This document shows positions 57,793 through 64,000 of a DNA stretch of 64,000 nucleotides, piece by piece. Under the pieces are notes generated by a model. That model was given only the letters and a program-made list of their open reading frames with translations, had not been told where the DNA came from and ran no database searches. Position 1 is the stretch's first letter. The number at the start of each line of letters is the position of its first letter. This DNA comes from a virus. The DNA lies in IMG/VR virus record IMGVR_UViG_3300050821_003907, positions 64,001 through 128,000 of that record, one strand, 5' to 3'. A program made the translations under genes and the position numbers.

Positions 57793-58862
57793 TAGTATCC
57801 TCCTTCTATGTCAAGGGCGTGCTTAAGTGCTTTTGCAACACATGTAGCGAGCGTCGGCGGCACGGCATTACCGATTAGCCGGTAGGCTGAGCTGGCAGGG
57901 ACCGCGTTCCACGGCAGGTCCACCGGAAAGGTCTGCAACGCAGCAGCTTCCTGCGCGGTAATCCTGCGGTGAACATAACCACTGTCTCCGCGATAAGGAC
58001 GGGCACCATCTACGAGAAAGGGGTGGTACCACTCTACCCACGGAGATACACTACCACCCGAGTTCAAGCTGAGAGAATCAATGAACGGAGTCTTGTTACC
58101 TCCCATTATTGCTGGAAGGGTATAAGCAGGTGCGTCTAGGTTCAGCGGTCGTGCTCCGTTGAATAGCATTCCACTGTACGGACTACTGCGAAGCACAGGA
58201 TTGCGGGCGAATGTAATCTTTGCGTTCGACTTAATGTCGTTGCCCAGCGCTCCGTAAACAGGCATTTCCGATAGGACACTGCGAACTGTGCCGCCCCGCA
58301 TGCGCTGGTCAAACATAGCACACGTAAACGGTATGGAAATGCTGGAATTCTTGGGGAATCCTGCCAGGAACAAGCGCTCGCGGTGCTGGGGCACGCCGTA
58401 TTCTGCGGCATCAACCACTAGCGCGCACAAGTCGTAAGACTCCCGGAGGAAACTTTTCAGGCGCTGAAAAGCTGAAGCATGCCGGGAACTTGTAAGGTCC
58501 TTTACGTTCTCCATGAGGAATGCACGAGGCTTCTTTGCATACACCACTGCTGAAAATGCGAATATCATCTGGCTTCGAGGGTCGTCAGGGTCTTGATTGC
58601 CTGCCCTGCTGAATCCCTGGCACGGCGGCCCACCGATGATTACGTCGGAGTCAGGGATTTCCTCTTCCCAGTTAGCGTGCATGATGTTGCCGGTAGAAAA
58701 ATGAGAATCACGCTGGGACATGTAGTTACGTTGCATGGCAGCATCGTGAATCACCTTGGCGTGAGGGTCGGTATCGTTAGCCCACTGCACATCGAACCCG
58801 GCATTCGTAAAGCCAATGTCAAGTCCGCCTGCTCCAGAGAACAAGCTTGTAACGGTAGTCAT
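57792..58862 (-). CDS. C5-cytosine DNA methyltransferase
   Basis: SLFSGAGG (I), GGPPCQGFS (IV), MENV (VI), PQHRER (VIII), ALQTFP (IX), IGNAVPP (X). Confidence 0.95.
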   Translation of the reverse strand: MTTVTSLFSGAGGLDIGFTNAGFDVQWANDTDPHAKVIHDAAMQRNYMSQRDSHFSTGNIMHANWEEEIPDSDVIIGGPPCQGFSRAGNQDPDDPRSQMIFAFSAVVYAKKPRAFLMENVKDLTSSRHASAFQRLKSFLRESYDLCALVVDAAEYGVPQHRERLFLAGFPKNSSISIPFTCAMFDQRMRGGTVRSVLSEMPVYGALGNDIKSNAKITFARNPVLRSSPYSGMLFNGARPLNLDAPAYTLPAIMGGNKTPFIDSLSLNSGGSVSPWVEWYHPFLVDGARPYRGDSGYVHRRITAQEAAALQTFPVDLPWNAVPASSAYRLIGNAVPPTLATCVAKALKHALDIEGGY

Positions 58863-59658
58863 CAGGTGTCCACCCCCTTTTCCTTACTGCCCGCCAGGTG
58901 CGACGTATGAAGCCTGCCAAGTATCCACTCTTCACCTTGGCGCATTGCTTTCTTGCGGAATTTCTCGCACCCTATCAGCATTCCAGACTGAGACTGGACA
59001 ATCCAGCCTCGAACAGGCCCACGGCTGACGGCAGCAAGCTTCTCGTATCTTCCCCCGGACTTCCTGAGCATGAGAATCCTTGAGCCGTCAGCCTCATGTT
59101 CCCAGAACATCGAGCTCTCACCGGGGTTTAGCTTAACGCGGCGCACTGGCTTGCCAGATGAGCGTTAGTGCTCCGGTAGCACAGCTACGTGAGTACTGGC
59201 CAACGTCTCCGAACCTGCGAAGCGGAGTGCTAGTGTTAGTTTTACAGTCACTGGTGGCCTGCCAGACCACACCTGCGTCATCGCGGTAGATAGCCCCCGG
59301 AATAAGCGTGTCAGGAATGCGCACTACCATCGTGATGTGAGCCGGGTGAACGTAGGATGATGTGTTAGCGACACCTCCCCTGACTTCAAAGCCATTTGCG
59401 TCTGACCGCGTAACGCGACCCCGGATTGTAACCTCTACAAGCTCATCATCACGAGGGTAAATGAATGCGTTGTTAGACATCTTTACGAGACTCCTGTCGT
59501 GCTCGCTCGATTACCTTGAGGGACAGTTCCGGGAACAGTTTGTCACCCTTGTGGAACAGTTCCATGTCAAGGTAACGTTCGAATGCTTTAAGCGCATTAC
59601 GGTAGAGGACCGGATTAGCGTCCCCTGCTGACTGGTTCTTGCTCATCCGGTCCTCCAC
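58862..59658 (-). other. Three small ORFs (58862-59146, 59133-59480, 59473-59658)
   Basis: Coupled hypothetical ORFs. Confidence 0.55.
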
Positions 59659-59668
59659 GTATGTGCTG

Positions 59669-60601
59669 CTACTTACTGGGAATTACGATTCCGCTGCTGC
59701 TACCTGGCCAGCAAGAGAACCCGGCAGGCGGGTTAAGCTGACCATCAGAGATGGCGTTCATGCACTGCTGCACTAGCACCAGCGGGTTATTGGCGACAGA
59801 CTGCTCGATGATGTTGTTCGCCTTGGCTTGCGCCTGGGCAGTCTTCTCTGACTGCTGTGCGACATCAGTCTTAGCCGTCTGGGCCAGCACTGTGTTGATG
59901 CGATTCCGGACGGTCTGGTCGTACGTCAGCGGCTCAACGATGAGCGTGTCAATATGCACATCATTGCCGATGCGGGCAGTCAGCGCGCTGGCAACCTCAG
60001 CCGATAGCTGAGCCGTGCTCGGGTTGCCGGGCGTTCCCGGTGCCGCATTGGTGGCGAGCAGCTTAATGGGGTCGTACCCATCATAGACGCTGTTCATCGC
60101 GACGTTCAGTTCCGGCTGAACCAAAGCCGTAGCCACGTTAGCGGTGTTGCCCTTGTACGCACGGAACAGGGTGTCCGTCGCGCTCGGGACTAGCTGCCAG
60201 CGGAGCTTGACGTCTGCCTGAGCAGTCTGCTGCCCGGCAACGCGGACAGTAAGCGTGTAGTTCATGTTCTGGACGCTCTCGTCCATTAGTGACATGTTCT
60301 CCCACGGGGCAATCCAGTGAGGACCAGGGCCGTCGTAGCTAAGTACCTTCCCGAAGGAAGTTGTCACGCCGATATCGTAGGTTCCCACTGCATTGAACGA
60401 GCTGACAGCCAGCATGATGGCCGCCATGACACCAGCGAACGCGCCGATGCCTGTAGCCCAGTAGCCGATGAAGCGCATGTCTTGCGCATCAGTCGGATGC
60501 GTGTTGGGAGAAGCTGCGCCCTTCCGCAAGAGGACGGTTGTGATTACCATCGCAACCAGGAGTGCTGCGAAGAGAATCGCAAGGATGAAAGTGACAGGCA
60601 C
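59669..60601 (-). CDS. SPFH/band-7 (prohibitin-like) membrane protein
   Basis: Two N-terminal TM helices, then IGVTTSFGKV...GPHWIAPW, then a coiled-coil AQQSEKTAQAQAKAN; SPFH architecture. Confidence 0.8.
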   Translation of the reverse strand: MPVTFILAILFAALLVAMVITTVLLRKGAASPNTHPTDAQDMRFIGYWATGIGAFAGVMAAIMLAVSSFNAVGTYDIGVTTSFGKVLSYDGPGPHWIAPWENMSLMDESVQNMNYTLTVRVAGQQTAQADVKLRWQLVPSATDTLFRAYKGNTANVATALVQPELNVAMNSVYDGYDPIKLLATNAAPGTPGNPSTAQLSAEVASALTARIGNDVHIDTLIVEPLTYDQTVRNRINTVLAQTAKTDVAQQSEKTAQAQAKANNIIEQSVANNPLVLVQQCMNAISDGQLNPPAGFSCWPGSSSGIVIPSK

Positions 60602-60611
60602 TTAAGATTCC

Positions 60612-60749
60612 TTAGGCCGGGACGGGTTCGCGGGCAGGCTCGGGAGCAGCAGGCTCAGTGACAGGAGTCTCCGCTGGCTCTTCCAGCGGCTCCAGTTCAA
60701 TCTTGCGGAGAGGTCGCCCTATGTCTCCGTTGCGTGGTGTGGGTACCAT
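60612..60749 (-). CDS. 45-aa Pro/Glu-rich peptide (not in the ORF track)
   Basis: GGAGGT SD; MVPTPRNGDIGRPLRKIELEPLEEPAETPVTEPAAPEPAREPVPA; upstream TACGAT/GATACT -10-like box. Confidence 0.7.
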   Translation of the reverse strand: MVPTPRNGDIGRPLRKIELEPLEEPAETPVTEPAAPEPAREPVPA

Positions 60750-60802
60750 GTCTACCTCCGTAGTATCGTACGGTGTAACAAGTTGCCAAGGGCACGTATT
60801 CC

Positions 60803-61063
60803 CTAGGCTGGCGCGTGAGGCGGCCCTGGCTGGGAGAAGTCAGCGTAAGGAAGTCGTTCCTCACAGCCGTTTTGTCCCCGCCACATCTGGTAATCGTACT
60901 TGACCTTAGGCAGGTAACCATCTTTGTCACATGCCCTTGCAATCCAGATGACATCACACGTCGGGCAGTGCAGCATGTAGTTAAGCGCCTCGTAGCGCTC
61001 TCCGTTATTGCCGCAAAGCCAGCAGGTAAGGAGGCATTCCCCAGTGCCAGTAGCAGGACCCAC
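60803..61063 (-). CDS. Small zinc-ribbon protein
   Basis: AAGGAGG SD before GTG 61063; CWLC...CPTC. Confidence 0.55.
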   Translation of the reverse strand: MGPATGTGECLLTCWLCGNNGERYEALNYMLHCPTCDVIWIARACDKDGYLPKVKYDYQMWRGQNGCEERLPYADFSQPGPPHAPA

Positions 61064-61258
61064 GGGGAACACCTCCTTAGTAGTGGTGAGGCTAGGCACT
61101 CTGGAACCGTCGCACGGGTGGTGCGAAGAATGCGCCAGGCGTGTACTCATCCTCAATGTCCAGCAAGAAGCCCTGCGTTTGTATCCAGTCTTGCAGGGTC
61201 CTGTTGCTAAGACCATCACACGGGAACTCTTCATCGAACGTCGAGTCGTCCATGTCGT

Positions 61259-61591
61259 CTACTTAGGTTCGTAGACAGTGACGGTCTTAGGCTTTGCCTG
61301 TACCTCTTCAAAGGTACCGTCCCAGTCGTAGCCGTAGTGAGAAGCGTAGTAACCTTCCTTGCGGAATAGCTGGTCACCGATGCGAATAACCATCCAGGCT
61401 TCCGACCCCAGGTCAGTGCCGCCGTAGTTCTCTTCACCCTTAAGGCGAACTTCCTTACCCCGCAAGGTGATGGTGTACTGATTACGACTGCCGTAGCTGC
61501 TGTACAGGTCGGAGTTCAGCTCGCCCCAGCCAACATCGTCAAGGATTTCCTGAAGAGCTTCCAGTACTTCCGCGCGTGTGTAGTCAGTCAT
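61259..61591 (-). CDS. Hypothetical phage protein, paralog of 61601
   Basis: GSEAWMVIRIGDQLFRKEGYYASHYGYDWDGTFEEVQAKPKTVTVYEPK. Confidence 0.75.
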   Translation of the reverse strand: MTDYTRAEVLEALQEILDDVGWGELNSDLYSSYGSRNQYTITLRGKEVRLKGEENYGGTDLGSEAWMVIRIGDQLFRKEGYYASHYGYDWDGTFEEVQAKPKTVTVYEPK

Positions 61592-61600
61592 CAGCTTCTC

Positions 61601-61930
61601 CTAGTCGCTCTTAGGCTCGTAGACGGTGGTGTACTTCTTGGATGCCTTTACCTCAGTAACGTCACCCTCCCATTCAGAGTCTCCATAAGAGTCAGCCCAG
61701 CCCTCCTTCTTGAAGAGCTGATTGCCCACCTCGAAGATTACGAAGTTCTCTTGCGAGTCCTGCTCGTAACCATCATAGGAACTCCCTAGCTTGGTTTCCA
61801 CGATAGTGAAGGTAACAGGCTCATCGTGCAGCCAGATAGCACCGAGGTATCCGACGCCACGCCGTGCCACCTGCTCCCAGTTGATGACTTCAGCGGCGTC
61901 CTTGACTTCAGTCAGGGAATAACTAGTCAT
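61601..61930 (-). CDS. Hypothetical phage protein, paralog of 61259
   Basis: FVIFEVGNQLFKKEGWADSYGDSEWEGDVTEVKASKKYTTVYEPK. Confidence 0.75.
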   Translation of the reverse strand: MTSYSLTEVKDAAEVINWEQVARRGVGYLGAIWLHDEPVTFTIVETKLGSSYDGYEQDSQENFVIFEVGNQLFKKEGWADSYGDSEWEGDVTEVKASKKYTTVYEPKSD

Positions 61931-62705
61931 TGACCTCTCCCGTTAGTTGCAGCTTGTGCTTGTTCTCCAGGTGCCTGCTCACGTAAGCACAGTCTGGCTT
62001 CATCAGCAAGTCCAGGTTCCGCATCAAGAACAGCGCCCATTCCCCTTTAAACAGGCTGGTAGCCGTGCGCCGTAGCGCCCAGTGGTAGGCCGCCCGTGGC
62101 GACCCCCGGTACTGCTGAGGAATCAGGATGCGCTCCAGCGCGGTCGTGTAGATTTCCTCGCGTACCAGCTTAACCTGAGTCTCGAAGTTCATCGACCAGA
62201 ACTTGGTGTTGTCCACGAGTACGTCAGAGCCGTCCTGCAAGATGGCCTCGTACAGCGGGCGCTCGCCGTAGGCGACAGAATCGTGGACTGAGTCATGAAC
62301 GTACTTGCGCACTACAGCGTCCGCAAAGAACTTATCAGAAGACTGGTTAAGGTTTGTTGAGTGTTTCTTGTAGTGGTCTTTCCAGACCGGCAAGACGATG
62401 TCGTACAGCTCACGGATAAACGTGCAGTTCTTACGAGACAGGAAGATGATATCGTAAGCGTGCTTGTCCCAGTCTTGCGGGCCGTTGATTTCCCAGAAGC
62501 CATGAGAAATTTTAAGCGTGTACAGTTCGTCAGGCGTAGCGATGTTACTCCACGGCCATTGTCCCAGGCGCTTATCCCAGAAGCAGTCATTGCGTCGTGC
62601 ATCGAAGTTTACAGGGTAAGGACTTAGCCAGTCCCAGTCTCCGTTAGGCTCTCGGGCATCGGGAAACCAGTGCTTCAGCGCACGTGAACCTGTCAAGGTC
62701 GCCAT
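61923..62705 (-). CDS. Pol-beta-superfamily nucleotidyltransferase-like protein
   Basis: N-terminal LTGSRAL...DWDW (GS...DxD signature); ATPDELYTLKISH; FFADAV...HDSVH. Confidence 0.6.
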   Translation of the reverse strand: MATLTGSRALKHWFPDAREPNGDWDWLSPYPVNFDARRNDCFWDKRLGQWPWSNIATPDELYTLKISHGFWEINGPQDWDKHAYDIIFLSRKNCTFIRELYDIVLPVWKDHYKKHSTNLNQSSDKFFADAVVRKYVHDSVHDSVAYGERPLYEAILQDGSDVLVDNTKFWSMNFETQVKLVREEIYTTALERILIPQQYRGSPRAAYHWALRRTATSLFKGEWALFLMRNLDLLMKPDCAYVSRHLENKHKLQLTGEVND

Positions 62706-62717
62706 CAGGCGAGTCTC

Positions 62718-63454
62718 CTATTTCTCGGCTACATTAACGATGAAGGTCTGCGTGTTGCGAAGCTTTACCTCAAACTGAAAGACATTTCCTACCTGTCCCA
62801 GGAAGTAAGTAGCCTTAACCACTGTCAATTGCTCAACCGCTGCTGCCATTACAGCGGCCATGTCTCTTTCAGACCACTGAGCCATCTATCCCCCGATTTG
62901 CTCTATGAGATGCTTGATTAGGGTGCGCGCTGACTCTGATGACGCAGTTTGATGGAGTACGAAAGGCTGTTGCGGGCCTACCACAGAAGCGCACACTTCC
63001 CAGACACCACGTGTGACGTTCTCCCTGAAGAACAAGCGGGCAATGTGGTCTACGCCGATGAAACTACCGTCAAGTGCGGGGATGAACTTCATGACCGGGA
63101 CAACGCTGTCCCGGTCATGAGTATTCCCTAGTGTCCTAGCGCGTGAGACGCCGGGCCCCATCATAGCCGGATTTCTTTGCCCCACTTAAGTTCCGCTAGG
63201 CGGAACTGAGATTGGGGCCACTCATTAGGGTGCACACGGTAAGGAACTATAGCTATGTGATTTTCCTGCACAAGGTCATCCACGATGCCCCACGCATTGA
63301 AGTCTTCAGGAAAGAGCATAGGATAAGCCTCTACTGTGTCTTCAGCTAGACCACTCATTGCTCCCTCCTCGTATACAGGGGTGTTCTGAGCAACATAAAT
63401 AACAACGGCACTCCGTCGTGCCAGTTGCAAAGTGTTTTCCCGAATGTCATCCAT
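62718..63454 (-). other. Three small ORFs (about 62718-62886, 62886-63089, 63161-63454)
   Basis: Coupled hypothetical ORFs. Confidence 0.5.
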
Positions 63455-63998
63455 GATTAGCCGCCTCTCGTTTAGCTGCGATTTCTTCTTGCAACATCAG
63501 CACCGTTTCCGTAAACTTGTCTAGGTCATCTACGACAAACCACTCCGAAACGCGCATCTTATGCGGGAAAAGATTGGGTACACCTAGGAGCGCTAGGCTG
63601 CTCTGGATATAGGCTTCTTCGGCCTGAGAAGCACCCCGCATCATGAGTACGCTCTTCGCTCCCGTGAGCCGTTCAGGATAACCGTTGCGTTTAGCTACAT
63701 CTCTAGCCGATGAAGGTGTATCACGCCAACGACCGGTTGAGTAGCCTACTTTAGCTACGCCTTGTTCGGGAAATACAATCACGTATACAACGGCACCTGA
63801 AGAGTCTTCTATGTCGATAGAGGAATCCCACATAGCATTGCCGACACCTGGTTGGCCTCCAGGCTTTCGTCGCCTAGTAACATCCCGGAGGCTTCCACAA
63901 CTACGGATATTTCCGGACTTAAATTCTTTAGCGACTACTGTAAATGCCGATTTTAGGCCATTACATTCCGGGCAATTACAGACAACTTCTACACAATT
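63447..63998 (-). CDS. Putative homing endonuclease (SGNIRSCG zinc module + GIY-YIG/T5orf172-like domain), 5'-truncated by the window edge
   Basis: The frame stays open upstream of 63833 to the window end (…VCNCPECNG…FKSGNIRSCGSLR…), then VYVIVFPEQGVAKVGYS…SEWF. Confidence 0.6.
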   Translation of the reverse strand, partial: NCVEVVCNCPECNGLKSAFTVVAKEFKSGNIRSCGSLRDVTRRRKPGGQPGVGNAMWDSSIDIEDSSGAVVYVIVFPEQGVAKVGYSTGRWRDTPSSARDVAKRNGYPERLTGAKSVLMMRGASQAEEAYIQSSLALLGVPNLFPHKMRVSEWFVVDDLDKFTETVLMLQEEIAAKREAANHG

Positions 63999-64000
63999 AC

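Noticed and set aside
90-63185. Numerous long antisense or alternate-frame ORFs in the track (e.g. 90-506, 7352-7912, 17166-17771, 22758-23357, 28549-29343, 45143-45808, 54554-55156)
   Set aside because: They shadow well-supported genes, lack SD or promoter signals and recognisable motifs, and are expected in GC-rich coding DNA.
1-64000. TAG stop-codon reassignment, suggested by several TAG stops followed in frame by the next gene (e.g. 12976, 31435, 44724, 51556, 61601) and by a release-factor-like gene
   Set aside because: ThyX and the NamH-like protein end at natural C-termini on TAG, long conserved enzymes have no internal TAG, TAGGAG stop/SD overlap explains some junctions, and no suppressor tRNA was seen.

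Overview
Internal 64-kb segment of a large tailed dsDNA phage, most likely infecting an actinomycete. The host inference rests on mid-50s % GC by eye, TANNNT -10 boxes feeding leaderless genes, and actinophage-type primase, Cas4-like and ThyX genes. The window opens inside a + strand cluster of glycine-rich minor tail genes (1-7.3 kb). A - strand block follows with ThyX, a RuvC-like resolvase, an SNF2 helicase, an SSB-like protein and a Cas4-like exonuclease. Then comes a + strand primase-helicase / iteron-like repeat / family A polymerase unit. Further on are a displaced set of modular beta-helix tailspike-like genes (26-37 kb), a class II ribonucleotide reductase, a lysis region, and many small accessory ORFs. 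About eight HNH or GIY-YIG/T5orf172-like endonuclease genes are scattered through it. No capsid, terminase, integrase, tRNA or CRISPR array was seen. The most notable item is a full-length metallo-beta-lactamase + Rieske protein that looks colinear with mycobacterial NamH (peptidoglycan N-glycolylation hydroxylase). Other candidates are two strand-specific structured non-coding RNAs (one displaying an anti-Shine-Dalgarno loop), a perfect 38-bp palindrome covering an HNH start codon, a likely replication origin, and two membrane-tethered HNH-type nucleases. All family assignments come from motifs recognised by eye; no database search was run.
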